A stretch of 64,000 nucleotides of DNA from Thermoanaerobaculia bacterium (GCA_035506175.1 DATJPZ010000123.1:6980-70979), one strand, 5' to 3'. Positions 26,776 through 36,379 are shown, counted from the stretch's first letter. Notes: generated from the letters alone by a model not told the origin. Program-made: numbers and translations.

Positions 26776-28224
26776 ATGATGTCCTCGATGAAACGGGCCT
26801 GGCTCTGCCTGGCCGCGCTCTGGGCGGCCGCTGGCTGTGCGCACCACGGCGCGGCGCCAGGCGCGCCCGCGGAGCCCTCGCGCCCGTGGACGCCGCCGGC
26901 CGCGGTCGCCGAGGCGTCGCCGCCGCCGGCCGCCCCCGCCGTCGCGCCAGGGCGGGAGTACGCGCTCCCCGAGCTCATCGACGTCGCGATGCGGACGAAC
27001 CCGGACACGCGCATCGCCTGGGAGGGAGCGCGCGCCGCCGCCGCGCGGCTCGATCGCGCCGAGAGCGACTACCTCCCGATCCTGGCGTTGAACGTCCAGG
27101 CGGGGCACTCCCGCATCGAGTCGCGCACGAGCGACGGGGGCGTCTTCACGTCGGGGCCTTCGATCACCCCGCAGTTGCTCCTCGCGTGGCGCCTGCTCGA
27201 TTTCGGGCGGCGCGACGCCGACTGGGACGCGCGGGCGCAGGAGCTGCTGGCGGCGGACTTCCGGTTCAACCGGCGGCACCAGGACGTCGCGTTCTCCGTC
27301 GAGCGCGCGTACTTCCGTTTCGACGCCGCGCGTGCCGAGATCGTCGCGACCGAGGCCACGCTCGCGGCCGCGAAACAGGTCCGCGAGGCGGCCGACGCGC
27401 TTTCCCGGCAGGGGCTCGCGACGCGCACCGATGTGGCGGTGTCGCGTCAACAGGAGGCGCAGGCGCGGTACGAGGTCGAGGTCGCCCGCAAGCTCCAGGC
27501 GGACGCGCGCGCCGAGCTCGCGCGCGCCGTCGGCGTCTCGCCCGCGGCACCTCTCGACGTCACGCCGATGCCGGAGTCGGCCGCGCTGCCGGCCGCGCTC
27601 GACGCCTCGGTGGACACGCTCATCGCGGCGGCGCTCCGGGACCGTCCCGACCTCTCGGAGCTCGCCGCGACGGTGCGCGCGCGCGAAGCCGAGACGCGCC
27701 GGGCCGAGGCCGACTTCAAGCCGACGGTCGATGCCGCCGGCGCCGTTGGCGGAACGGCCGGGACCTTTCGCGCCGAGAACGGGACGAAGGGGTTCGACTA
27801 TGCCGAGCCGATCTGGGGCGCGTTCGTCACGTTCAACTGGAACTTCTACGACGCCGGGAGGCGCCGCGCCCGCGTGCTCGAGGCGGAAGCGCTACGGCGC
27901 GAGAGCGAGGCGGAGCTGGCGGCGCTGCGCCTCCAGGCCGAGGGCGACGTGTGGCGCTCCTGGGCCGACTACCAGGCCGCGCGCACGCAGGTCGAATTCG
28001 CGAAGGTCCTGCTCGAAGCCTCGCAGGAGGCGTACGACGCGGTCTTCGCGGGTTACCGGGCCGGGCTGAACTCGGTGACCGACCTCGTGCAGGTCGAGCG
28101 CGACCTCGCCCGCGCGCGCTCGACGCGCATCGACAGCCAGGCGCGGATGCTGGAGGCGGCCGCGAGCCTCACGCACGCCGTGGGCGCGCCGGCGCCAGCG
28201 CGGCCGGTGCCGCCGCCGGGGTAA
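26776..28224 (+). CDS. TolC/NodT-type outer-membrane efflux lipoprotein
   Basis: Lipobox LWAAAGC. OEP repeat motifs are present (LIDVAMRTNPDTRIA, SDYLPILAL). Two-repeat architecture. Confidence 0.85.
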   Translation: MMSSMKRAWLCLAALWAAAGCAHHGAAPGAPAEPSRPWTPPAAVAEASPPPAAPAVAPGREYALPELIDVAMRTNPDTRIAWEGARAAAARLDRAESDYLPILALNVQAGHSRIESRTSDGGVFTSGPSITPQLLLAWRLLDFGRRDADWDARAQELLAADFRFNRRHQDVAFSVERAYFRFDAARAEIVATEATLAAAKQVREAADALSRQGLATRTDVAVSRQQEAQARYEVEVARKLQADARAELARAVGVSPAAPLDVTPMPESAALPAALDASVDTLIAAALRDRPDLSELAATVRAREAETRRAEADFKPTVDAAGAVGGTAGTFRAENGTKGFDYAEPIWGAFVTFNWNFYDAGRRRARVLEAEALRRESEAELAALRLQAEGDVWRSWADYQAARTQVEFAKVLLEASQEAYDAVFAGYRAGLNSVTDLVQVERDLARARSTRIDSQARMLEAAASLTHAVGAPAPARPVPPPG

Positions 28225-30277
28225 ACGCCGCCGCCGCGGAAGCGGCCTCGCCGAGGCGGGCGAGGCTGTCGGCCATCTGCGCGTAGGGCTCGAAGACTGC
28301 CGCCTCGGCGCGCAGCGCGTCGAGGGGAGGCGTCGTGACAGGCGCGGCGGGCCGTCCCGCCTCCAGGGCGTCGGCGAGCCCGTCGAGCGCCGACCCGAAT
28401 CCGCCGCAGACGTTCCGCTCGGCGGCCTGGATCCCGGCCGGCGGTGATGCCGCCGATTCCTGCTGGCGGATCGAGCGCGTCGTGACGGCGAGCATCAGCG
28501 ACTGGACCGGGGTCGCGGCGGCGAGCCAGGCTCTCTCCGGCGGCGCGCCGCGGGAACGCGCGACGGCCGGCTCGAGCTCGGCGAGCTCGAGGATGCCGAG
28601 GAAATCGAGGAGACGCTGCTGCGCGCCGGCGATGCCCGCGCGCAAGGCGGTGAGGCCGGCCACGCCGTCCGGCAGCGCCCGGAAAGCGGCGCCGAGCGGG
28701 CGGAGGGCGCGCGCGAGCGCGGCGCCTCGTCCCGAGACGGCGTACGAGGGCCACAGCAGCGCGCCCACGGCGAAGACGATCGCGATCGCGAGGAGGAGCG
28801 CCCGCGCCCGGGCCATGCCGGCGCCCGGATCGGGGAGGTCGTTGGTTCGGGCGAACGCGACGATGCCGTAGTTGATCGCGACGTAGATCCCGGCCGTCGC
28901 GAACCGCGTGCTGCGCTGTACCCAGGCGGCCGCGAAGAAGACCGGCGCGCTGACCGCGAGCAGCGTGGCCACACCGCGCATCGCCGGGAAACCGGCGAAG
29001 ATGACCAGAAAGGCCGCCGTCAGGCCCAGGATCGTGCCCGCGAGCCTGAGGATCGTGTCGCGCACCGAGGCACCGATGGCACGCGCCTGCGCCGACGCGA
29101 CGAAGATGAGGAACTGGTTCGTCGAGCGCTCCGCCCAGCCCGTGGCCTCGTAGAGCAGCGTGCCGAGGAGCCCCGCGATCGCGCCCTTCAACGCGTAACG
29201 CACGGCTTCGGGGTCGGAGAGCGGCGAGGAGAGGAAGAGCGGAGCCTTCGGGCTCGCCGCCGGCGGCGGGACGGCGCGGTCCGGCCGGCGCGGCCGTCCG
29301 AACGTCGCGAGGCAGCTGCGGGCGATCGACACGGCCTCGTCGAGCTGTGCCAGCGTCGCGGCAAGCCCCGTGGCTCCGGCGGGCGCGGACGGCGGCGCGG
29401 GCTCCGCCGGCCGGGCGTCGGGCGGCCGGCGCTCGCGGAGCGCCCGCGCCGCAGCGCGGCAGAAATCGCGCACGCCCTCCATCTGCCGCGCGACGGCCGG
29501 CGCGATCGTCGAGCCTCCGGCGGTTTCGAGCTCCGGCCCGAGCCAGCGCACCCCGGAGACGAGCCGCTGGACCGCGATCGTCAGGCGCACGAGCTCGTCT
29601 TCGTGGTGCCGCTGGAAGAGTTGCCTCGCCTCTTCGTTGCCCAGCAGACGCACCTGGGCCTCGAGGGCGGCGAGCGTCGTCAGCCCGTCGACGGGGCCGG
29701 CGCCGGTCAGGAGCCCGTCGAGGCCGTCCGCGGCCAGGCGCAGGCGTCCCGCCAGGTCGTCGAGCACGTTGTCCTCGGGGTCGTCCGGCTTCGGGATCAT
29801 CTGGACGGCCAGCCCGAGGACGATGCCGAGGGTAGCCATGAACCAGGCCCAGAGGATCGGTCGGATCGGATCGCCGGCGACGAAGTCCGGCACGCCGAAC
29901 GCGAAGACGACGCCGAACATGAGAGAGGCCATCGGCGCCGTCGTGCAGCGGTACCCGAGGAGGCTCGCGAAGAACACGGCGAACTGGGCGGGCAGCAGGA
30001 ACCAGGGCTTGTCGCCGAAGGCGGCGATCGCGGCCACGCCCGTCAGGAGACCGAGGGTCGTCCCGACGAACATCTGGACGCCGTTCTTCCGGCTGGCGAC
30101 GATGTCGGGCTGGTTCGTCAGGAGGACGTTGGCGATGGCGAGCAGCAGCGACGGAGGCCGGAGCGTCTCGCCGACGAGGACGACGACGGTGCACGCCGCC
30201 GTGACGCGCCAGGCGCCGCGCCAGCGGGCGGGGCTGGCCGCGAGCTCCGGGCGGAGCGTCGCGGCGAGGACGTTCAG
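28169..30277 (-). CDS. FUSC family (fusaric acid resistance / AaeB-like) inner-membrane efflux protein
   Basis: Duplicated multi-helix membrane domains with cytoplasmic helical linkers. No ATG, GTG or TTG lies in frame near the expected N-terminus. I provisionally placed the start at the CTG overlapping the HlyD stop (cTGA, 30277). The start is uncertain. Confidence 0.75.
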   Translation of the reverse strand: MNVLAATLRPELAASPARWRGAWRVTAACTVVVLVGETLRPPSLLLAIANVLLTNQPDIVASRKNGVQMFVGTTLGLLTGVAAIAAFGDKPWFLLPAQFAVFFASLLGYRCTTAPMASLMFGVVFAFGVPDFVAGDPIRPILWAWFMATLGIVLGLAVQMIPKPDDPEDNVLDDLAGRLRLAADGLDGLLTGAGPVDGLTTLAALEAQVRLLGNEEARQLFQRHHEDELVRLTIAVQRLVSGVRWLGPELETAGGSTIAPAVARQMEGVRDFCRAAARALRERRPPDARPAEPAPPSAPAGATGLAATLAQLDEAVSIARSCLATFGRPRRPDRAVPPPAASPKAPLFLSSPLSDPEAVRYALKGAIAGLLGTLLYEATGWAERSTNQFLIFVASAQARAIGASVRDTILRLAGTILGLTAAFLVIFAGFPAMRGVATLLAVSAPVFFAAAWVQRSTRFATAGIYVAINYGIVAFARTNDLPDPGAGMARARALLLAIAIVFAVGALLWPSYAVSGRGAALARALRPLGAAFRALPDGVAGLTALRAGIAGAQQRLLDFLGILELAELEPAVARSRGAPPERAWLAAATPVQSLMLAVTTRSIRQQESAASPPAGIQAAERNVCGGFGSALDGLADALEAGRPAAPVTTPPLDALRAEAAVFEPYAQMADSLARLGEAASAAAAFTPAAAPAALAPARPRRA

Positions 30278-31320
30278 GGCCGCGCCGGCGAGCTGGCCGG
30301 CTCGCCGAGGACGCGGACGACGGCGCTCATGCCCATGCGGAGCGGGTGGTCGGGATCGGTCTCGTCGACGCGGACGCGGACGGGGAGGCGGCGGGCCAGG
30401 CGCACCCAGTTCAAGGTCGGCTGCACTTCGGGCAGCACGCCGACCGTGGCGCCGTCCTGCGGTGCGAGGGCCCAGCCGATTCCCTGGACGGTGCCGCGGA
30501 AGTGGCGTCCCGGATAGGCCGGGAGGAAGACGTCCGCGGCCATGCCGGGCCGGATTCCGGCGAGCATCGTCTCGCGGAAGTACGCGAGGACCCAGGTGCG
30601 GCGCGTGTCGACGAGCGCGAACACCTGCTCGCCGGCCCGCGCGTACTGGCCCGCCGAGATGTTCAGGTTGGTGACGCGCGCGGGAAACGGCGCGCGGACC
30701 TCGCAATAGGCCAGGTCGAGCTCGGCCGCGGCGACGGCCGCCTCCGCCGCCTGCACGCGGGCGTTGCGGTTGCCGTACTGCGCGAGCTGTCGGGTCAGTC
30801 GCTCCTCTTCCTCGCGGGCCTTCTCGAGTTCCGCCGCCGCGCCGAGGGCTTTCGCGTTGGCCTCGTCGAGCCGGTCCTTGGTGACGTAGTTCTGCGGCAC
30901 CATGGGCTCGAGGCGCTCGCGATGCGCCCGCGCGTAGGCGAGCTCCGCCTCGACGCGGCGCTTCTCGGCGCCGGCCGCGGCGATTCCTTTTTCGAGCGCG
31001 GCGTTCTCGCTCTCGACGAGGAGACGTTGGGCCCGGGCGCGCTCGAGCGCGACGGCAAACGGCCGCGGGTCGATGGCGAAGAGGCGCGCGCCCTCCGCGA
31101 CCTCCTGGTTGTCGACGACGTCGAGCGCGACGATGGGTCCCGAGACGTGCGGGGCGATGCCGACGACGTTGACCCGGACGGCGGCGTCGTCGGTCCGCGG
31201 GTGCCGGAAGCTCTCGCGCGCGACCCGAACGCTCGCCAGAGCGGCGCCGGCGACGATGGCGAGGCCGATGAGGCCGCCGGCGATCCGGCGAACGGGCGAG
31301 GCGGCGGCGTCGTCGGGCAC
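30274..31320 (-). CDS. HlyD family secretion (membrane fusion) protein, AaeA-like
   Basis: GTG start and a single N-terminal transmembrane helix. Motifs: VNVVGIAPHVSGPIVALDVVDNQEVAEGARLFAIDPRPF and a barrel-sandwich/coiled-coil layout. Confidence 0.9.
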   Translation of the reverse strand: MPDDAAASPVRRIAGGLIGLAIVAGAALASVRVARESFRHPRTDDAAVRVNVVGIAPHVSGPIVALDVVDNQEVAEGARLFAIDPRPFAVALERARAQRLLVESENAALEKGIAAAGAEKRRVEAELAYARAHRERLEPMVPQNYVTKDRLDEANAKALGAAAELEKAREEEERLTRQLAQYGNRNARVQAAEAAVAAAELDLAYCEVRAPFPARVTNLNISAGQYARAGEQVFALVDTRRTWVLAYFRETMLAGIRPGMAADVFLPAYPGRHFRGTVQGIGWALAPQDGATVGVLPEVQPTLNWVRLARRLPVRVRVDETDPDHPLRMGMSAVVRVLGEPASSPARP

Positions 31321-31324
31321 GGCG

Positions 31325-31594
31325 TCAGCCCTGGAAGAAGACGATCCAGAAGAGGAGCGTCGTCAGAAGGAGAAGGCACGGATAGATCAGGAGGAGCGGA
31401 CCGAGATGGCGCTCGAGGCCGAGCCGGGCGAGGGTCGCCCTCAGGAGGGCCGAGACGGCGACCCCGCCGACGAGACACGCGACCCAGCCGGGAAAGTAGG
31501 AGCCCCAGAGGTTGATCGATGGGTCGCACGCCGCGGCCGACGCGAGGACCGTCAGCCAGGGGAAGGCTCGAGCGACGGCGCGGCGCAGGCTCAC
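31325..31594 (-). CDS. DUF1656 (AaeX-like) small membrane protein
   Basis: An 89-aa two-helix membrane protein directly upstream of the HlyD/FUSC genes, as in aaeXAB-type operons. Confidence 0.75.
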   Translation of the reverse strand: MSLRRAVARAFPWLTVLASAAACDPSINLWGSYFPGWVACLVGGVAVSALLRATLARLGLERHLGPLLLIYPCLLLLTTLLFWIVFFQG

Positions 31595-31624
31595 GGGTCT
31601 CCGCAGTCTATCGGCGGGCGCCGC

Positions 31625-32737
31625 TCAGGTGAAGAGGCGTGCGACCGCTTCGGCGATTGCGGGCGCCGCGGTCAGGCCGGGCGATTCGATGCCGACGAGG
31701 TTGACGAAGCCCGGCAGGCCGCGCGCGCTCTCCTCCGCGACGACGAAGTCGCGAAACGGGCCGCCCTCGACCTGCAGCTTCGGGCGGATGCCGGCGATGT
31801 CCGGCTCGAGGTCGTCGTCGCGCACGTCGGGCAACAGCCGGCGCGCGGCCTCGGCGAAGGCCGCGCGCTTGCCCGGATCGACGCGATAGTCGGCGTCGCG
31901 GCGGCCGAGATATTCGGCATCGGGGCCGAAGCGCAGGCGGCCGCCCGTGTCCAGGACGACGTGCACGCCGAGACTCTCGTGCGCCGGCACCGGATAGATC
32001 AGGCGCGACGCGAGATTCCAGCAGCGCGTCGCCGCCGAGAAATAGCTGCCCTTGCACCAGTGAAGGCGGTAGCCCGCGGCGTCGGGGTCGATGCCGGCGA
32101 GCGCGGCGATCCGGTCCGCCTCCAGCCCTGCGGCGTTGACGACGCGCTCCGCCGTGAACGTCTCGCGGCCCGCGTCGTCTTCGACCGCGACCCGATAGCC
32201 GCCGCCGTGAGGCTCGAGGCCGACGACGCGAGTGCGCGGCTGGAAGACCGCGGCCGCCGCGAGCGCCTGCCGGAGGAAGTGGTCCATCAGGGCGTGTGCG
32301 TCGACGATGCCGGACTCGGGGGAGAGCAGCGCGCCGACCGTGCGCACGTGCGGCTCGAGGGCGCGCGCCTCCGTCGCCGACAGCCGCGTCACCGGGACGC
32401 CGTTTCCCGCCGCCGTCTTCTCGATCGCGTCGAGGGCCGGCAGCTCTCCGGCCCGCGTGGCGGTGATGAGCTTGCCGAGGCGGGCATGCGGGATGTCGTG
32501 GGCGCGGCAGGCGGCGTAGACCCGCTCGCGGCCCTCGACGCAGAGCCGCGCCTTGAGCGTCCCGGGCGGGTAGTAGAGGCCGGCGTGGACGACCTGGCTG
32601 TTGCGGCTGGAAGTCTCCATGCCGTGCTTCGGGTTGCGGTCGATCAGGAGGAGGCCGGGGTGCGCGGGCGCCAGGCGCGCGGCGACCGCGAGGCCGACGG
32701 CGCCGGCGCCCAGGACGGCGATTTCGACGTCGGCCAC
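31625..32737 (-). CDS. FAD-dependent oxidoreductase (DAO family, L-2-hydroxyglutarate oxidase-like)
   Basis: Motifs: IAVLGAGAVGLAVA dinucleotide fold, SSRNSQVVHAGLYYPPGTLKARLCVEG, C-terminal GIESPGLTAAPAIA. Confidence 0.85.
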   Translation of the reverse strand: MADVEIAVLGAGAVGLAVAARLAPAHPGLLLIDRNPKHGMETSSRNSQVVHAGLYYPPGTLKARLCVEGRERVYAACRAHDIPHARLGKLITATRAGELPALDAIEKTAAGNGVPVTRLSATEARALEPHVRTVGALLSPESGIVDAHALMDHFLRQALAAAAVFQPRTRVVGLEPHGGGYRVAVEDDAGRETFTAERVVNAAGLEADRIAALAGIDPDAAGYRLHWCKGSYFSAATRCWNLASRLIYPVPAHESLGVHVVLDTGGRLRFGPDAEYLGRRDADYRVDPGKRAAFAEAARRLLPDVRDDDLEPDIAGIRPKLQVEGGPFRDFVVAEESARGLPGFVNLVGIESPGLTAAPAIAEAVARLFT

Positions 32738-32798
32738 GGCTCGATCTTAAGGCAGGGGTGAAGCGCGTTGACGCTGCCGGCACCGCGGTATACGTTGC

Positions 32799-33902
32799 TT
32801 GTTCCGGGGTGTCGCGTTGAAGCACTGGAAGGAAACCGCCGAGGTTTTCGGACGACTCGTCCGGCTGCCGGCCGAAGGAAAGAGGGCCGCGCTCGCGACG
32901 GTCGTGGCGATCGAGGGCTCGGCGTACCGGCGTCCCGGCGCGAAGCTTCTGATCGAGGAGGACGGCCGCACGCTCGGCTCGATCAGCGGCGGCTGCCTCG
33001 AGGGCGACGTGCGCGAGATCGCCCGGCCGGTGCTCGCCGAGGGGCGCCCGCGCCGGCGGCGCTACGAGACGGGCGCCGACGAAAACGCCGCGTGGGGCCT
33101 GGGTCTCGGCTGCGCCGGTTCGGTCGAGCTCTTCGTGCAGCCGGCCACCGGGGCGCTCGTCCAGGCCGCGCAGCGCTGCCTCGATCTCTTCGAGGAAGGC
33201 CGGCCGTTCGCCCTCTGCACGCCGCTGGCCGAAGGCACGGCGGCCGAAGGCCCGGTCGTGATTTCCGCCGACGGAACCTCGTCCGGCTCGACGGGCGATC
33301 CGGCGCTCGACGCCGGGATTGCCCGCTCCGGCGGCGCGTGGATCGCGAGCCGCGACTCCCGGCGGCGCGCCGTCGGGGGCGCCGACGTCTTCGCCGAGAT
33401 CCTCGTCCCGGCGCCGCGCCTGCTCCTCTTCGGCGCCGACGACGACGCGCGGCCGATCTGCGCCTTCGCGGCGGCGGCCGGCTTTCGCGTCACGGTCGTG
33501 GATCATCGCGAGGCGTTCCTGGCGGCCGAGCGGTTTCCGGAGGCCGAGCGCCGCGTGGCACGGCGCCCCGAGGAAGGGGTCGGGGGTCTCCCCGTCGGGC
33601 CGCGCACGTTCGCGGTCGTCAAGACGCACCAGATCGCGCACGATCGCGAGTGGGCGCGGCGCCTTCTCGACGCCGGCACGGCGTCCGTGGGGCTGCTCGG
33701 CCCGCGGGCGCGGACGCGCGAGATCGTGCGCGCGATCGGCGCCGAGGGCGACGCGCGAGTCTTCGGCCCGGTCGGCCTCGACCTCGGCGCGGAAGGGCCC
33801 GAGCAGGTCGCCCTGTCGATCGTGGCGGAGCTGCTCGCGGCCGGCTCGGGCGTCGACCCGCGGCCTCTGCGCGAAAAGGCCGAGGAGATCCATGCCCGGT
33901 GA
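32799..33902 (+). CDS. XdhC/CoxF/CoxI family molybdoenzyme maturation protein
   Basis: XdhC_CoxI N-domain (ATVVAIEGSAYRRPGAKLLIEEDGRTLGSISGGCLE) plus a Rossmann-like XdhC_C domain. The start is TTG at 32799 or 32817. Confidence 0.85.
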   Translation: MFRGVALKHWKETAEVFGRLVRLPAEGKRAALATVVAIEGSAYRRPGAKLLIEEDGRTLGSISGGCLEGDVREIARPVLAEGRPRRRRYETGADENAAWGLGLGCAGSVELFVQPATGALVQAAQRCLDLFEEGRPFALCTPLAEGTAAEGPVVISADGTSSGSTGDPALDAGIARSGGAWIASRDSRRRAVGGADVFAEILVPAPRLLLFGADDDARPICAFAAAAGFRVTVVDHREAFLAAERFPEAERRVARRPEEGVGGLPVGPRTFAVVKTHQIAHDREWARRLLDAGTASVGLLGPRARTREIVRAIGAEGDARVFGPVGLDLGAEGPEQVALSIVAELLAAGSGVDPRPLREKAEEIHAR

Positions 33903-34509
33903 GGCGCGGACCGCGGGCATCGTGCTCGCGGCCGGCCGCTCGACCCGGATGGGGCGCAACAAGCTGGTGCTCGAACTCGGCGGCGAGACGCTCGTCGCCC
34001 GCGCGGTCAGGACGGCCGCGGCCGGCGGCCTCGACCCGGTGATCGTCGTGCTCGGCCACGAGGCGCCGCGCGTCGAGCGCGCGCTCGACGGCCTCCCGTG
34101 CCGGGCGGTCTTCAACCCCGACCACGCGCAGGGACAGGGGACGTCCTTTCGCGCGGGCGTCGCCGCCGTGCCGCCCGACGCCGGAGCGGCCGTGGTGCTG
34201 CTGGCCGACATGCCGCGGGTGACACCCGAGATGGTCCGCGCGCTGCTCGAACGCCACCGCGCCGGGGGAGCGCCGCTCGTCGTCTCGGAGTACGGCGGGG
34301 TGCACGCGCCGCCGACCCTTTACGGCCGCGCGCTCTTTCCCGAGATCCTGGCGGCGTCGGGCTGCGGCCGCGACGTCGTGCGAGGGCGCCGCGCCGAAGC
34401 GGCCGTCGTCGCGTGGCCGGCCGGGATGCTCGCCGACGTCGACGAGCCGGCGGACCTCGAGCGTCTGGGCGTCGCGGCGGAGAAAGCTTCATGCGCCCCG
34501 ACCTCCTGA
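33892..34509 (+). CDS. MobA-like NTP transferase (molybdenum cofactor cytidylyltransferase MocA-like)
   Basis: Motif GIVLAAGRSTRMGRNKL. The ATG at 33892 overlaps the xdhC stop by 11 nt. Confidence 0.85.
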   Translation: MPGEARTAGIVLAAGRSTRMGRNKLVLELGGETLVARAVRTAAAGGLDPVIVVLGHEAPRVERALDGLPCRAVFNPDHAQGQGTSFRAGVAAVPPDAGAAVVLLADMPRVTPEMVRALLERHRAGGAPLVVSEYGGVHAPPTLYGRALFPEILAASGCGRDVVRGRRAEAAVVAWPAGMLADVDEPADLERLGVAAEKASCAPTS

Positions 34510-35495
34510 CCCTCTGCGGCGATCTCGTCCGGCGCGAGGAGCCCTTCGTGCTCGCGACGGTCGTGCGCCGCCTCGCCGCGAGCTCCGCCCAGCAGGGCGA
34601 CGGGGCGATCGTCACGACGGCTGGCGAGTTTCACGGGTGGCTCGGCGGCAGCTGCACGCAGCCCACCGTCGTGGCCGAGGCGCTGAAGGCCCTCGCCGAC
34701 GGCCGTCCGCGGCTGATCGCTCTTTCGCCGAACCCCGGCGCCGAGGGGCGGCCGGGCGTGCTCGTCTTTCCGATGACCTGTCACAGCGGAGGGACCGTGG
34801 AGATCTACCTCGAGCCCGTGCTGCCGCGCGCGCGTGTTCTCGTCTTCGGCGTCTCGCCCGTGGCCCGGGCGCTGGCACGCCAGGCGCGCGCGATGGACTT
34901 CGCCGTGGACGCGGCGGATCCCGAGGCCGACCGCGCGGCTTTCCCGGAAGCCGAGCGGCTCTTCCCCGGAGCGATCGCCGCCGACGCCGGAAGCGCCACG
35001 CGCACGTTCGCCGTCGTCGCGACGATGGGGGAGCGCGACGAGGAGGCCCTGGCGGCGGCGCTCGCCCTCGATCCGGCGTACCTGGGGGTCGTCGCGAGCG
35101 GCAAGCGTTTCGCCCGGGTGCGCGACGCGCTGCTCGCGCGCGGAGCGGCCGCCGATCGGCTGGCCCGCGTCAAGAATCCGGCCGGCCTCGACATCGGCGC
35201 GCGCACCCCCGAAGAGATCGCGGTCAGCATCCTGGCCGAGATCGTGCAATGGCGGCGCGCCGCGGAGGCCGCTTCGCCGGGCGCGGGCGCTCGAGGCCCG
35301 GTCGCCCTGCCGGTCGCGGCCGCCGCCGAGCACGTCGATCCGGTCTGCGGGATGAAGGTCGCCGAAGCCGGCGCCCGCCACACGGCCGAGGCCGCGGGCC
35401 GGACCTGGTACTTCTGCTGCGGGGGCTGCCGCGAGCGGTTCCTGGCGGCCCCGGAGCGCTACGCCGTGCAGGCCGGCATCGGGGGCATGGCGTGA
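34491..35495 (+). CDS. XdhC family protein fused to a C-terminal YHS/TRASH metal-binding domain
   Basis: The XdhC N- and C-domains are followed by DPVCGMKV...WYFCCGGCRERFLAAPERY (about 35331-35465). The ATG at 34491 overlaps the mocA 3' end. Confidence 0.85.
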   Translation: MRPDLLTLCGDLVRREEPFVLATVVRRLAASSAQQGDGAIVTTAGEFHGWLGGSCTQPTVVAEALKALADGRPRLIALSPNPGAEGRPGVLVFPMTCHSGGTVEIYLEPVLPRARVLVFGVSPVARALARQARAMDFAVDAADPEADRAAFPEAERLFPGAIAADAGSATRTFAVVATMGERDEEALAAALALDPAYLGVVASGKRFARVRDALLARGAAADRLARVKNPAGLDIGARTPEEIAVSILAEIVQWRRAAEAASPGAGARGPVALPVAAAAEHVDPVCGMKVAEAGARHTAEAAGRTWYFCCGGCRERFLAAPERYAVQAGIGGMA

Positions 35496-36379
35496 GGGAC
35501 GAGATCCGCGCGGTCCAGGCCGCGATGGAGCGCTCTGGCTACATCGCCGAGCCCTCGATCGCGACCGCGGTCTTTCTCGCGGCCGAGATGAAGAAGCCGC
35601 TCCTGATCGAAGGCGATGCCGGCGTCGGGAAGACCGAGATCGCGAAGGTCCTCGCGCGCCTGCGCGACACCGAGCTGATCCGGCTGCAGTGCTACGAGGG
35701 GCTCGACGTCCAGACGGCGCTCTACGAGTGGGACTACCCGCGCCAGATGCTGCGGGTCCGCCTCGGCGAGATGGAGGGGCAGGCCGCGCGCGAGATCGAG
35801 TCGGTCATCTACGCGCCCGAGTACCTGCTCGAGCGGCCGCTGCTGAAGGCCATCACGCGGCGCGAGCGCTCTCCGGTTCTCCTCGTCGACGAGATCGACC
35901 GCGCCGACGACGGGTTCGAGGCGTTTCTGCTCGAGGTGCTGTCGGACTTCCAGGTGACGATTCCCGAGCTCGGCACGATCCGCGCGACGCACGCGCCGTT
36001 GGTCGTGCTGACCTCGAACCGCACGCGCGAGATCGGCGACGCGCTGCGCCGCCGGTGCCTCTACCTCTACATCGAGCATCCGAGCCTCGAGAAGGAGGTG
36101 CGGATCATCCGCGCGAAGGTGCCGGGCGCCGGCGAGCGGCTGGCCGAAGAGATCGGCCGGTTCGTCCAGGCTCTCCGCGCGCGCCAGCTCCTGAAGGTCC
36201 CGGGCGTGGCCGAGACGATCGACTGGGCGCAGGCCCTCGTGCGGCTCCACCGGGAGCACCTGGATCTCGAGACGGTCGAGCAGACGCTCGGCTGCATCCT
36301 GAAGGATCGGCACGACCTGAGCGACCTGCGCGGCGGCGGGCTCGCGGCGCTGGTCGAGGAGGCCGCGGCCGTGGGGTGA
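35492..36379 (+). CDS. coxD: MoxR-type AAA+ ATPase, CoxD-like
   Basis: The GTG start overlaps the preceding stop (GTGA). Walker A GDAGVGKTE and Walker B VLLVDEIDRAD. The length of about 295 aa is typical of CoxD. Confidence 0.9.
   Translation: MRDEIRAVQAAMERSGYIAEPSIATAVFLAAEMKKPLLIEGDAGVGKTEIAKVLARLRDTELIRLQCYEGLDVQTALYEWDYPRQMLRVRLGEMEGQAAREIESVIYAPEYLLERPLLKAITRRERSPVLLVDEIDRADDGFEAFLLEVLSDFQVTIPELGTIRATHAPLVVLTSNRTREIGDALRRRCLYLYIEHPSLEKEVRIIRAKVPGAGERLAEEIGRFVQALRARQLLKVPGVAETIDWAQALVRLHREHLDLETVEQTLGCILKDRHDLSDLRGGGLAALVEEAAAVG

Noticed and set aside
25131-28286. A 1051-aa plus-strand ORF spanning the OprB and TolC genes.
   Set aside because: It is out of frame with two well-supported outer-membrane protein genes. 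Its composition is Arg/Ala/Gly/Pro-rich with no motifs.
28169-30706. The full 845-aa extent of the FUSC-containing ORF.
   Set aside because: The first ~143 codons overlap the HlyD gene in another frame and are Arg/Pro-rich. The FUSC membrane domain begins near 30277.
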